From an uncultured Planctomycetota bacterium (lineage in GTDB: Bacteria; Planctomycetota; Planctomycetia; Isosphaerales; Isosphaeraceae): a DNA stretch of 64,000 nucleotides. Location: the NCBI GenBank assembly GCA_963845755.1, contig CAWJTV010000011.1:32001-96000 (forward strand), written 5' to 3'. This document shows positions 12,264-23,078 of the stretch, piece by piece. Numbering within the stretch: the stretch's first letter is position 1; each line of letters opens with the position of its first letter. The notes beneath the pieces are model-generated. The model did not search any database, was not told the DNA's origin, and saw only the letters and a program-made list of their open reading frames with translations. The position numbers were made by a program, and so were the translations under genes.

Positions 12264-14012
12264 TTATTTCGGGCGTTCGCGGCCCGCCGTATCCAGTCTC
12301 CTGAGGATCAGCTCAAGCTTCTCCTCCAGCCTTTGCACCCGTTGCTCCAGCGTCTGAACGGGCGTCATGCCGCTGCCGGCCATAACTCCGCCGCCTGACG
12401 TCGGCGTCATGCCCCTCATGCCGGCCATAACTCCGCCGCCTGACGTCGTGGACGGTACCACGGGAGCGGGGGTCGGGAGCAACAGCGGCCGCTCGACGGG
12501 CGTCGGGCTCGCGGGCGTCGCGCTGGCGGGCGCCGGCGCCGGCGACCACTGGATCACCTCGCCACCCGCCCGCGTGATGATGGCCGGCAAGACACTTGCC
12601 TCTTCCAAAGCCAGCAAGCGGACCGAGCCGTCGACTATTCCGATTTGGTAGCCGTCCGTGCCGCGGTGATCCAGCGCCGGCAGGGGGCGCCCCGGGACGA
12701 ACGGGAGTTCGCCCGGCTTCGTCCAGGGGGTGGCCTCGTCGGCGACGGCGACCAGGAGGGTATTCGACGTGCCGTCGGTGATGTCCTCAATGCGGACGCC
12801 CTGCGAGCCTTCGAAGATGGCCCCCTTGCCCCCGAACCCTCGGATGCGGGTCAGCCCAGAGGGCGCGGGGGAGGCGGGTGTCTCGAAGACGGCCGGCATC
12901 CGGGCTGCCAATGCCTTGTTGTGCGGGCTGTCCCAGGGCTCGTCCTGGCGGAACTGCCGATAAAGCTCGTTCTCTTCGAGGTAGGGGAGCAAAGCCACCC
13001 GCCAACTCAGGGTCGGCAGGCCGTCGGGCCCGTAAGTCGCCATGGGGGGGAGGTGGACGTTGGTAGACACGTAGTTGTGGAATGCCAGCCCGATCTGTTT
13101 GAGATTGTCGGCCTGCACCTGCCGCCGATCCTGCGACCGCTCGACCGGGATCCGGGGAAAGCTGCCGGGCCCCTGCGCCCGGGACGGCGTCATCCAGGTC
13201 GCGGCCACCATCCCGGCGAGGGCGAGACCGCCGGCGAGAAGGGAAACCGTCATTGTCGATTTCGAGAACATGCTCAGGGTAGCTCCTCGAGTCAGGGTGG
13301 TGACACCGGGCGCGGTCGCCGACGAGACGATCGCCCCGAGAGTCGCGCGGATCAGGGTCGGGTGGAGCGGGGCTGTGTAACCCTCGCTCGCCGACAGGGC
13401 GGCCAGGGCAAGGGACGGGGAGACTCCCCGGCCGATCAACCGATCGCGGAGGGACTGCCGGCCGCGGGCCAGGCGGCTCTTCACCGTCCCGACCGGGCAG
13501 CCGAGCCGGTGGGCCGCTTCCTCCGCCGAGGCCCCTTCGAGCAGGCACAGGACCAGGACATCGCGGTGCCGGGACGGCAGTCGCCCCAGTTCGGCGTCGA
13601 GGATCGGCATCACGTCCGACCACTCGGCCTCCCGCCGCTCGCGGGCGGGATATTCGGTCAAAGGCTCGTGCCGATGGCGGGCCGCCCGCGTCCGGGCCTT
13701 CCTGGCGACGCGTGTTGCCACGCCGTAAAGCCAGGGGCCGAGCCGATCGGGGGCGCGGACCTGTGCGGCTTTGCGTGCCAGGACGAGGAAGGTCGCCTGG
13801 AAGGCATCGTCGGCGTCGTGCGGGCTGGCCAGGATCCGTCGGCAGACGCCCAGGACCATGGGCCCGTGGCGGGCCACCAACGCCTCGAACGCCGAATCGT
13901 CGCCCTCGGCGACAAATTGTTCGAGAAGGGCGCCGTCCCCCGAAGGAGCTACTCCGCACCGGAACAGTCGATCCAGGTCCCGAAAAACCGAAGAGTTGCG
14001 GACACCACGCAT
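12264..14012 (-). CDS. ECF sigma-70 factor with TM segment and extracytoplasmic DUF1559-like domain
   Basis: AFEALVARHGPMVLGVCRR, DDAFQATFLVL, GTVKSRLARGR; then [12 protein letters not shown]...SWRVALLPYLE...ITDGTSNT. Confidence 0.92.
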   Translation of the reverse strand: MRGVRNSSVFRDLDRLFRCGVAPSGDGALLEQFVAEGDDSAFEALVARHGPMVLGVCRRILASPHDADDAFQATFLVLARKAAQVRAPDRLGPWLYGVATRVARKARTRAARHRHEPLTEYPARERREAEWSDVMPILDAELGRLPSRHRDVLVLCLLEGASAEEAAHRLGCPVGTVKSRLARGRQSLRDRLIGRGVSPSLALAALSASEGYTAPLHPTLIRATLGAIVSSATAPGVTTLTRGATLSMFSKSTMTVSLLAGGLALAGMVAATWMTPSRAQGPGSFPRIPVERSQDRRQVQADNLKQIGLAFHNYVSTNVHLPPMATYGPDGLPTLSWRVALLPYLEENELYRQFRQDEPWDSPHNKALAARMPAVFETPASPAPSGLTRIRGFGGKGAIFEGSQGVRIEDITDGTSNTLLVAVADEATPWTKPGELPFVPGRPLPALDHRGTDGYQIGIVDGSVRLLALEEASVLPAIITRAGGEVIQWSPAPAPASATPASPTPVERPLLLPTPAPVVPSTTSGGGVMAGMRGMTPTSGGGVMAGSGMTPVQTLEQRVQRLEEKLELILRRLDTAGRERPK

Positions 14013-14211
14013 GCGCTACGCCCTCCGTCTCGTGCTGCTACAAGAATACTGCCCCTGAGACGTGATTCGGGTCCATCCGTCGCGAGATTGTCCCAGGATC
14101 GACAATCCGTGTCCGGCGAGCCAGGCTCTCCGCTTCGTTTCCTCGTCACGAGTCGTCGGTACGCGAGTCGGTCGCGCACGGGACGGGCCCGATTCGCCGG
14201 GGTACGGGACT

Positions 14212-14480
14212 CGACTGGAACGAGGAGGATGAGTCGATCATCGGTCAGCGCGATCCGACCAAGACGGGCTCGACCGTGCCGCGCGGTCCCGGCGTCTTCG
14301 TCTTCGCCCCCAAGCCGAACCCGACCTTTCTGGCCTTCGAACGCCACACCATCGACGACGGCGGCATGGCCCGCGAGGACGCCCTGGCCGCCGACCGCGA
14401 CGGCGATGGTCGATCCGACCTCATCGCCGGAGGACGGGCCACGCATAACGTGAAGATTCATTCGAAATCGCCAACAATAA
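14212..14480 (+). pseudogene. Decayed duplicate of the FG-GAP gene 3' end
   Basis: PRGPGVFVFAPKP...HTIDDGGMAREDALAADRDGDGRSDLIAGGRATHNVKI mirrors 11480-11732; no 5' part. Confidence 0.85.
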
Positions 14481-14502
14481 TGCGGGCGGAATGTGTCCGA
14501 CA

Positions 14503-14808
14503 TCAGGGCGAACGGTAGATGTCGCGGCGATTGCCGACGTCAACAACTACGACAACGAGGCGCTGAGCCTCGACTTTATAGATGACGCGGTAGTCGCTCA
14601 CCCGGATCCGGTAGAGATCAACCTCGCCCTGAAGGTTCTTCGATCCGGGAGGATGCCGGTCGTCGGCCAATCCGAGGATCGCAGCATCAACGCGCCTCAG
14701 GTCGGCCTTCGGGAGCGATGCCAGTCCACGCTCGGCAGCACGGGTGAACTGAATCTCATATCGTCTTGGCTCGGGGCTGGGCTCGCTTTCGTTTCGCCTT
14801 CGGCTCAT
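14503..14808 (-). CDS. relE: RelE/ParE family toxin
   Basis: YEIQFTRAAERGLASL...LYRIRVSDYRVIYKV...VVDVGNRRDIYR. Confidence 0.9.
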   Translation of the reverse strand: MSRRRNESEPSPEPRRYEIQFTRAAERGLASLPKADLRRVDAAILGLADDRHPPGSKNLQGEVDLYRIRVSDYRVIYKVEAQRLVVVVVDVGNRRDIYRSP

Positions 14809-15070
14809 CATCGAGTCCCAGTCTGCGGCGGACGACCGCGTAGGGGATACGGTCCTCGGATTCGGCCAGGGCGGTGCGTGCGGCCTCCACATCGAGGCGA
14901 TCCTCAACCTCCTCGATCAACCGCTCGAGCAATTTCAAGTCCTCGAGCGGGACGATGGCCGCGACATCCTTTCCCCTCCGGTGGATGATGATCCGCTCCC
15001 CCTGGTACTCCGCGCGGTTCAGGATCTCGGCCAGCGACTGTCGAAGCTCGACCACATTCAGGCGCATCAT
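14756..15070 (-). CDS. Phd/YefM family antitoxin
   Basis: LNVVELRQSLAEILNRAEYQGERIIIHRRGKDVAAIVPLEDL; overlaps the toxin. Confidence 0.9.
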   Translation of the reverse strand: MMRLNVVELRQSLAEILNRAEYQGERIIIHRRGKDVAAIVPLEDLKLLERLIEEVEDRLDVEAARTALAESEDRIPYAVVRRRLGLDDEPKAKRKRAQPRAKTI

Positions 15071-15123
15071 TCGGCCGGCTCCCCATCGACTTCCCAGGGC
15101 CCCGCGCATCATTGACCTCAAGA

Positions 15124-15154
15124 TCATCATGTACATGATGAACACTGCCGTCAA
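15124..15154 (-). promoter_or_regulatory. TA promoter (TTGACG-N17-CATGAT) with overlapping 18-bp palindromic operator
   Basis: Perfect palindrome TCATCATGTACATGATGA at 15124-15141; -35 at 15149-15154. Confidence 0.7.
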
Positions 15155-15204
15155 GCTCGTTGTCGCGGCTCATCTGGAACAGGACTGGAATTGCTGGCAG
15201 ACGC

Positions 15205-18200
15205 TCACCGCCCATCCCCGCTCAAGACGAAGGCGGCCCACAGGGCGGGATCGCTCCGTGCGGCACGGGCATTCGATGGTGAGCTCGGCCCGCCCTCCGG
15301 CAGCTTCACCGCCGTCTCGCCGGGCCCGCGATCCTTCGCCAGCTCCGCTTGGCGCTTCGCCACCAGCCCCGGGTCGTTCAACACGGCGAGCTGCGCCTGA
15401 CGCAGCGCCTCCAGCTTGGGCAGCTTCTTGTCCCACAGGTTGGTGTAGAACTGCTCCATCAGCACGGTGGTGGCGTCGTCGTCCACCTTCCACAGGCTGG
15501 CGACGACGGCGCGGGCCCCCGCCGCCTGGAAGCGCGCTGGAGGCCCATCACCCCCTGACCGCTCTCCAGCGCGCCCAGGCCGGTCTCGCAGGCGGAGAGG
15601 ACGACCAGCTCGGTACCCCGCAGATCCAGGGCCTGCACCTCCTCGGCCGTCAGGATGCCGTCCTCGCGCAGCGGGGCGTCGGCGGACGCATCGGGCAGGC
15701 CGGCGCCCGGGTCGCGGCCGCCGCCGGCCAGCACGACCCCCGACCGCAACAGCGGCATCAGGGCGAAATCCACATCATCATCCCCCGACTTGGTGGCTGT
15801 CAGGGGCAGGGCGAACGGATCCTCGCGACGGACCTCGGCGCGGAGGGCCGCGATCCGAGCGGGGGATTCGAAGAAGCCGTGCGTCCCCAGGTGCACCGCC
15901 CGCCAGTGGCCACCGTCGAGCCGCCGCTTGATCGCGGCCTCGGTCGGCTCGGCCTTGGTCAGCAGCTCGGCCGGCTGGCCGGCGAAGGCGGCGTGGAACA
16001 GTTCGCGGGCGCGCCGGGCCTCTGGGCCGGTCCCCGGCAGCGGCCAGAAGCCGGACCGCTGTGCGACCCCGGATAGGCCCACCGGGGACCGTGCGGACGG
16101 TCCGGGCTGGCCCGGGTCGGCCTGGAAGTCAACGTCACCGACTGCCAGCAGCCCGCGCCCGGCCGGTCCTTGTGGGTCGGCCAGAGACTCGATGGCCGAG
16201 CGACCCGAAGCGACGTAGCCGATGGCCAGGTCCTCGATCAGGTACGAGCCGGGTTTGCACCCGGGCAGGGCCGCGAACGGGAGGAATGAGAGGCTCCCGT
16301 CCGGGGCGATCAGGACGATGCGAGCGTCGCCCAGATGGGGCCGCAGCGGTTCCCAGACGAGCCGGCCCAGCTCGTCGGCCGCCGTCTGCAAGTCACCGGC
16401 CTGGCGAGCATCGAGGGCGCGCCGCCAGGACCGAAGCGTCTCGTCGATTGCTCGAGCCTGGCCCAGGGGGACAAGGGCCACCGGCCGGCCGCGACGCACG
16501 ACGAACGCCAGGTGGCGCCGCTCCCTCTGAACCCGCCCCTTTCCACCCTGGGGCGGGCTGAAATGGGTGTATTCGAGGAAGTCAACCAGGGCCGTATCGG
16601 CGGGCAGGGCCGCGGCCACCTCGTCAGGTTCCCGCCGTTCCGCTTGCTTCTGTCCGCGGTAACTAGCGCTCTGGCGGGCCAGGTCCGCCTCGAGGTCTTC
16701 TTTGGCTTCACGCAGCTTGTGGAGCTGCTGACGCCAGGCTTCGCCCTGACCCGCGGGCGGTGGGCGAAATGCCACGTTGGCGAGCTGGCTGCGGACCCGG
16801 GCGAGTCGAGCCAGGGATGGCGCCAATTCGGGCTGGTCACGGGCCAGCCGAGCCTCGACATGCCGAGCTTCCGCCGCACCTTTCCAGTCGAGGACTTGAC
16901 GGTAGAGATCCGCAGGCTTGGCGCCCGTGCGTCGGCCGACGTTGAGATAGGCGTCCAGTGCCCTTCGCCGATCTTGGTACAGCCGGAGCTGTTGGCGTTC
17001 GCCGAGGACCGAGGAGGTACCCTGCGTAAAGCGGGAGATGACCGCCAGCGCCTCGATGAACAGGGGCTCAGCACGGGCGAAGTCGCCCATGTTGTGGTAC
17101 AGCCCGGCCAAGTTGTAGAGGGACTTGGCGTAGTCAGGGTGGTTCGCGCCCAAGGCCTTCCTACCGATCGCCAGCGCCTCGCGGAGCATCGGCTCGGCGC
17201 GGGCGGGGTCGCCCATCTCCAGGTACAGCCCGGCCAGATTGTTGAGGGACGTGGCGTAGTAGGGGTGGTCCGCGCCCACCGCCTTCTTCCAAATGGCCAC
17301 CGCCTGGCGGTAAATCGGCTCGGCGCGGGCGTGGTCGCCCTTGGCATGGTACAGCATGGCCAGGTTATTGAGGGCCGTGGCGTTGTCGAGGTGGTCCGCG
17401 CCCAACGCCTTCTTCATGCTCGCCAGCGCCTCGCGGAGCATCGGCTCGGCGCGGGCGTGGTCACCCATGGCCCAGTACAGCCCGGCCAGGTTGTTGAGCG
17501 AAAGGGCGTAGTCGGGGTGGTCCGCGCCCAACGCCTTCTTCCGGATCGCCAGCGCCTCGCGGAGCATCGGCTCGGCGCGGGCATAATCCCCCATGGTCCC
17601 GTACAGCAGGGCCAGGTTGTTGAGGCCCGCGGCGTAGCCGGGGTGGTCCGCGCCCAACGCGTTCTTCTTGATCGCCAGCGCCTCGCGGTGCATCGGCTCG
17701 GCGCGGACAAAGTCGCCCATCTCGCGGTACAGCCCGGCCAGGTTATTGAGGCCCGCGGCGTAGGCGGGGTGGTCCGCGCCCAGTGCCTCCTTCCGGATCG
17801 CCAGCGCCTCGCGGAACATCGGCTCGGCACGGGCGTAGTCGCCCATGAGGTCGTACAGCCCGGCCAGGTTATTGAGGGACGTGGCGTAGTCGGGGTGGTC
17901 CGTGCCCAGCGCCTGCTTCGTGATCGCTAGCGACTCGCGGAGCATCGGCTCGGCGCGAGCATGATTCCCCGAGGCCTGGTACAACTCGGCCAGGTTGTTG
18001 AGGACCGTGGCGTAGTCGGGGTGGTCCTGACCTAGCAATTCGCCCCGGATCTCCATGGCCTCGCGGCACTGAGCGATTCCCTCCGCATACTTCCCCTCTC
18101 TCCGAAGTGCGTGCTGAAGCCGGTTCAGTCGATCCGCGTGCTGGAGCCACTGCCGATGGCCATCAGAAGCGCTGCCCGCCGATCAAGATCGGCCAGCGCC

Positions 18201-18637
18201 CGGCGCGCGTCACCGATCCGCCAATCCTTCCGGTCCGGTTGCCGCTCGCGGATGGAGAGCACTTCCGCGAGGGCTTTCCTGGCCGCCGCCCTGTCCTTAC
18301 CCAACTCGTGCAATCTCGCCAGGTACTCGAGTGAGCCCACGACGTCCTCGTGCAACTCGCCCAGCACCTCCCGCTCGATGGCCAGCTTCATTCCGAACGC
18401 AGTCATCGTTTCCTCAAGATTGCCGGCCTCAGCCAGCTTGGTAGCCTCCTCGTTGTACCGGTCGCGTTCCGCGAGCCGGCGGGCCTTTTCAGTCTCGGAG
18501 AGCTTTGATGCGGGGACAGCTCCGGGAGGTTGGCGCCGGACCCACGCAGTCACCGCGCCGGAAACGATCAAAGTGACCAGAACGGTCGCAAGAGGGGCCG
18601 TCAGAATCTGGTGCCCGAACGAACGAGAATGAATCAT
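15205..18637 (-). CDS. TPR-CHAT (caspase-like) protein, frameshifted into three ORF pieces
   Basis: 42-aa LGADHPDYAxxLNNLAxLY TPRs; VHLGTHG and LSACETG dyad; ends WAAFVLSGDGR. Confidence 0.92.
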
Positions 18638-18691
18638 CGGCCGGCCTTTCCCAGAAAGGACAGATCCTTCCCCCTTGCTACGCACAGAGCC

Positions 18692-20580
18692 TCATTCACC
18701 CCGGTAGGCGAACCGTGCTGTCTGGATCACATCGAACTGCCCCTGGGTCCTCATACGCTCCATCAGTTGCAGCAGCGGATCATCGAGCTTGTCCGCCTCC
18801 TCGCCGATCCCGCGTACCAGGCCCGCCCGGAGCGACTCAATCGGCTGGCCCTCGTCCAGGCCCCGCGTGGCAAACACCAGCTCGGGACGAAGCGGCGAAG
18901 GGGGCATCGGGCCGACCAGGCCGGCCAGGTCCGTTCCCGGAGGCAGCGGCGTGCGGCGCGCCAGCAGCAGCACCGTCTCCAACCCTCCGGGGCCTTCCAT
19001 GGGGAGCCCGTAGTCCAGCGCCTCCGGGCTATGCACGGTCTCCCGCGCCGAACCTCCCGACGGCTGGCTACCAAACTTGCCGTCGTCGCGCGGGTAGAGC
19101 AGACTCACTCTCCCCTGGCTGTCGAGCCACATCAGGTATACATAAGCCGTCTGGTTCATGCGGGCTTCGAGGTGAACGCGTTCGCCGGCAAGGAGCGGTC
19201 GCGCGCGGGCTCGCCAACCTTCAATTCCCGCTCGACATTGTCCGTCTTCGACCGGACCCGGACGATCAGCTCGCCCGCCAGTGACGGGCGAGGAATCACG
19301 ATGGGAGGGACCGGCGGTGGGACGGGGATCGGCGGGGGCGGGATCAGGGCGTAAACCAGCCCTCCGAGGAGGACCGATGCCACCACGCCGGCGGCCAGCG
19401 CCAGGATCTTCGGACGCTTGACGAAGCGAACCAGCGCCTTCTGCAACGCCTCGGCCGAGGGGTAGCGGTCGGCCGGATCGGCGGCCATGGCCTTGAGGCA
19501 GATGCCCCGCAGGTCGCGCGAGACCTTGGGATCGTCGAGGGCCTTGCGGTCGAAGTCGCAGCGGCGGGCGCGGTCCATCGATTCGCGCCAGTTTCGGCCC
19601 GGGAACGGGGCCTCGCCGGTCAGCAGGTCGTAGAGCACGGCCCCAAGGGCGAAGACGTCGCTGCGCGGGCCGACTTTATCTTGTTCCTCGGGCGATTCGA
19701 TCCGGGCTTGCTCGGGGGGCATGAAGGCAAACGTGCCGCCGGGCTGGCCCGGGTCGTCGCAATAGGCATGACATAGCCGCGCCATGCCGAAGTCGATCAA
19801 TCGCGGCTCGCCCGACTCATCGACCAGGATGTTCTTCGGCTTGATGTCCCGGTGGAAGACCCCTTGGCGGTGCGCATAGTCGGCCGCCCCGGCGACCTTC
19901 GCCAGCAGGGCCGCGGCCCGGCGCGGCTTCAAACGCCCCTCGCGGGCGACCTGATCGAGCGTCCGGCCGCGGATGTACTCCATCACCAGGTAGGGCCGGT
20001 CATCGTGGAAATCGGAATCGAAGACGCGGACCAGGTTGGGATGGTCCAGATGCGCCAGGATCCTCCCCTCCTCGATGATCTCGCAGCGGCCGTCCGGCCG
20101 GACCGGCTTAAGCGCGAGCTTGAGGACCAGCTCCAGGGCCAGCCCCGGGTGGACGACCCGGTAGACCTCCGCCTGCCCGGTGGGCGGAAATCGGCCGATG
20201 ACCAGGTACTTGCCGATCGCGGCCGGCAGCGGCGCCTCCCGGGAGGTCGAACCGTCCTCCTCGGTACCGCGATCGTGCCCGGAGATCGAACCTGGATCGC
20301 CCGCCCGGTTGGCCGAATCCCAGGGCGCAGTTGCGCCGGGGTCATCGACCTGGCCATTCGTGTCGGCCGGAGGGGAGATCGGCTCGCTCATGGTCGAAGG
20401 GGAAAGGGGCGTCCTCTGCCCATTCTCTCGGAGCACCGCCACCTCGGCCAGGAGACGATCGCGCCGGGTCTGACAGCGCGCGCAGCCAGCGACGTGCTCG
20501 GACACCGCGGGCGGGACGACCTCGCCCATGGCCAGTGCCAGCAGTTCGGTCTCATCGGGGCAAGCCAGAGTCGATGTCAT
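18692..20580 (-). CDS. Ser/Thr kinase with N-terminal HxxxCxxC, TM segment and C-terminal DUF4384-like domain, frameshift near 19180
   Basis: HVAGCARC; HRDIKPKN, DFG, GTFAFMPPEQ, DVFALG; AYVYLMWLDSQGRVSLLYP. Confidence 0.88.
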
Positions 20581-21184
20581 CGATCAGGTCCTCGTCGAAT
20601 TCCTGGCAGACGGCGCGGACTTGCGTCAGGACGCGGCTCGAGTTCGCGAAGACGGCGTTGGGCTCGAGACCCAGCTCCCGGCCGACCTCGATACCGGAGC
20701 GATTCCGCAAGAGCCGCTGCTCGAAACAGGCCCAGACTCGCCTCGACGTCCGCGCGTGGACCCGTTTCAGCGCGAGTTCCAGGATCCTCCTGCGATGGAA
20801 GAGAATCCAATCTTCCTCCATTTGCAGGTTCTCCGCGTCGGTTGCGCGGAGCATCCGGTCAACCCAGTTGTCGGTGGCCTTCCGCTCGCTGGCCAGCCGC
20901 CGCGCCCGATCGACGACTGCGTGATGTGCCACGCTGAACAGCCAGCACCGGAACCGGCTCTTCTCCCGATCGTAGGTGTGGATCTTGTCCAGCAGCTTCA
21001 CGAAGATATCCTGGACGACGTCCTGGGCTTCGAACTCCTGCAAACCTTGCTTGAGCAGGAAAGCGAAGAGCATCGGCCGGTAAATGGCGTCGAACTCACG
21101 CCATCGTTCGGGGTCCTTCCGGCAAGCCCCGACGATGACGGAATGCGCGAGTGTCCGTATTCGACATGGTCTGATGTACGGCAT
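20552..21184 (-). CDS. ECF sigma factor (kinase-associated type), start uncertain
   Basis: WREFDAIYRPML, AQDVVQDIF, FRCWLF, VFANSSRVL; overlaps the kinase start. Confidence 0.88.
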   Translation of the reverse strand: MPYIRPCRIRTLAHSVIVGACRKDPERWREFDAIYRPMLFAFLLKQGLQEFEAQDVVQDIFVKLLDKIHTYDREKSRFRCWLFSVAHHAVVDRARRLASERKATDNWVDRMLRATDAENLQMEEDWILFHRRRILELALKRVHARTSRRVWACFEQRLLRNRSGIEVGRELGLEPNAVFANSSRVLTQVRAVCQEFDEDLIDDIDSGLPR

Positions 21185-21335
21185 TGACGTGCGCAGTGAT
21201 GACCGTCCTCGGCCACTCCCTCCTCGAAGAGGATACGCCGGAACGGGGGCTCGGAGCCAGTAGGTGCTCCGATCGGCCGTGGCCCGCGTCGAATGCGGTT
21301 CCCCCTCGACGTCACCACGTGACAGGTCGGCGATC

Positions 21336-21659
21336 TCATCGTGCTCCTTCCCTTCGCACGTTGCCCAGCCGGTCCTCGACTTGCTGCCGGAGTGCGTCAA
21401 CCCAGGGGGTCAGAGCCCTCAGCCTCCGCGCGTGGATTTTCTGCTGGAGTCGAGCGACCTGATCGCACAGATTGCGGAGATCCTCGGCGATGTCTTCCGG
21501 CCCCGCCTGAGACAGGGCGACTGGCTGTGCATTGGTTTTCAGTGCATGGTACGACCGGTGGGCCAGTTCGCGGACTTTCCGGCTGAGCTTGCCCGCGTCC
21601 GACCAGGTGCTATCCTCGCTCGTACCGTCATGCAATTCCTGGGGTTGGGTGTTTGTCAT
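21336..21659 (-). CDS. Hypothetical helical protein
   Basis: 107-aa ORF with plausible composition, co-oriented upstream of the ECF gene. Confidence 0.45.
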   Translation of the reverse strand: MTNTQPQELHDGTSEDSTWSDAGKLSRKVRELAHRSYHALKTNAQPVALSQAGPEDIAEDLRNLCDQVARLQQKIHARRLRALTPWVDALRQQVEDRLGNVRREGAR

Positions 21660-21829
21660 CGTTGATTCTTCCGGGTTTCAACGGCGTAATGTCTCCGGGT
21701 TGAATCGAGTCCTCGCCCTCCACTTCATAAGAGTGATACGCACGACTCCCGAGAACTTTCCGAAGAACCGTTCATCCGGATCCTGCGCGCCGGTCTTGAA
21801 AGCGGCCCTTCGGGGCATGGAGGTGCCCT

Positions 21830-21940
21830 GCGCCGGGCGCGAGTCTCCTGACCCCGCCCCTGTGCAAGACCGAAGGTCTCCAACCCCGACCCCAGAGGGC
21901 GACCTCCGGTCCGCCAGACGGCGGGGTCTGGAAATCTCAG
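21830..21940. repeat. REP-like element (second copy at about 23825-23930)
   Basis: GACCGAAGGTCTCC...; exact 24-mer GACCTCCGGTCCGCCAGACGGCGG at 21901 and 23874. Confidence 0.75.
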
Positions 21941-22045
21941 CGGTGAACATCTTCGGAGGCGGCAAGCGTCTTGTGACTGAAGGACTTGAAGGGTTCAGAC
22001 AGAAATAAAGTCGGCAAGGATGAGACTGTTGTAACGACACCGGGT

Positions 22046-22144
22046 CTCGTTCCCACGCTCTGGGAATGCCGTCCTGGCCGCTCTGCGGCCCCGGCGACGC
22101 GGAGCGTCGCACCCGGACGTTCCCACGCAGAGCATGGGAACGAG
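22046..22144. repeat. REP element CTCGTTCCCA...TGGGAACGAG
   Basis: Terminal inverted repeats; same family as 11922-12191. Confidence 0.85.
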
Positions 22145-22290
22145 AATTCCCTGGCGTCAGGAAGAGACCCTCCCTCTTGAGCCCGGTTCCGTGGCTACAG
22201 TCTCCAAGTTTTCCTCAGTGTCGCTGGGATTCTTCGATCCGGGATTGGTTTGACGACGCGATTCTTGCCCGGCGACTTCGCCCGATTCCT

Positions 22291-22411
22291 ACCGCAGAGA
22301 TCGCAGAGACAACGCGGAGAACCCCCGCGATTGTGCAACGCGAAGGCCCATCACCAGAACGTTTCTCCTCTTCTCCGTGTTCCACTCTGCGGTCTCCGCG
22401 GTCTCTGCGGT
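22291..22411. repeat. Nonamer-based inverted repeat (ACCGCAGAG.../...CTCTGCGGT)
   Basis: Three CGC(A/G)GAGA units facing three CTC(T/C)GCGGT units. Confidence 0.75.
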
Positions 22412-22721
22412 GGGTTTGACGACTTGATTCCTGCCCGATGACTTGGTGCGATTGTGGGTGACCAGCGGCGTCGTCAAGTTGAACGCGATCATCGAGCCAA
22501 CCGGCGCCCGCTCGATCAATCTCATGACTTGCCACTGCGCCAAGGGTTCGAGGGCCTGTCTGGGGACGGTGACCGGCCCAGACTTGTTGAGCTTTTCGAG
22601 CTCGGGTCGCGCGATGGAGCCCGACGGATGCGGTCGCCTGTTCCCTCGCGCGTGAAGGGCCTATGATAGAGAAGGACTCCAGCAATCCGATCCGTGCCCA
22701 TTCACCATCCCGGGGCAAACC

Positions 22722-23021
22722 ATGAGCATCAGCGAAACGACGGAAGAACCGGCACTGCCGGACGAGCCGGTAATGGAGCGGTCTCTCCTGGCGGATCTCA
22801 AAGTGCCATCGATGATCCAGAAGGCGCTGGACAAACATCGGCGTGACCTGCCCGAGCTGATGAAGACGCACGCCGATCAATGGGTGGCCTACCACGGCGA
22901 CCAGCGGCTGGGATTCGGCCGGTCGAAGCGGAAGCTTTACCGCAAGTATCTCGACCGCGGCCTGAGCATCGATGAGCTGATGGTCCTCGGCGTCGAACCG
23001 ATGCTAGACGATGAACTTTGA
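22722..23021 (+). CDS. Small protein, DUF5678-like
   Basis: ELMKTHADQWVAYHGDQRLGFG...LYRKYLDRG. Confidence 0.65.
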   Translation: MSISETTEEPALPDEPVMERSLLADLKVPSMIQKALDKHRRDLPELMKTHADQWVAYHGDQRLGFGRSKRKLYRKYLDRGLSIDELMVLGVEPMLDDEL

Positions 23022-23078
23022 TTCGACCCGAGCGAGTGGGACGATGTGTGATCGGCACTCTCCGAGAGGAGGATCCAT

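Noticed and set aside
12645..14453. Long antisense ORFs (also 16335-17930, 24598-26424, 42572-44380, 58515-60545)
   Set aside because: Shadow ORFs of high-GC genes with no recognisable motifs
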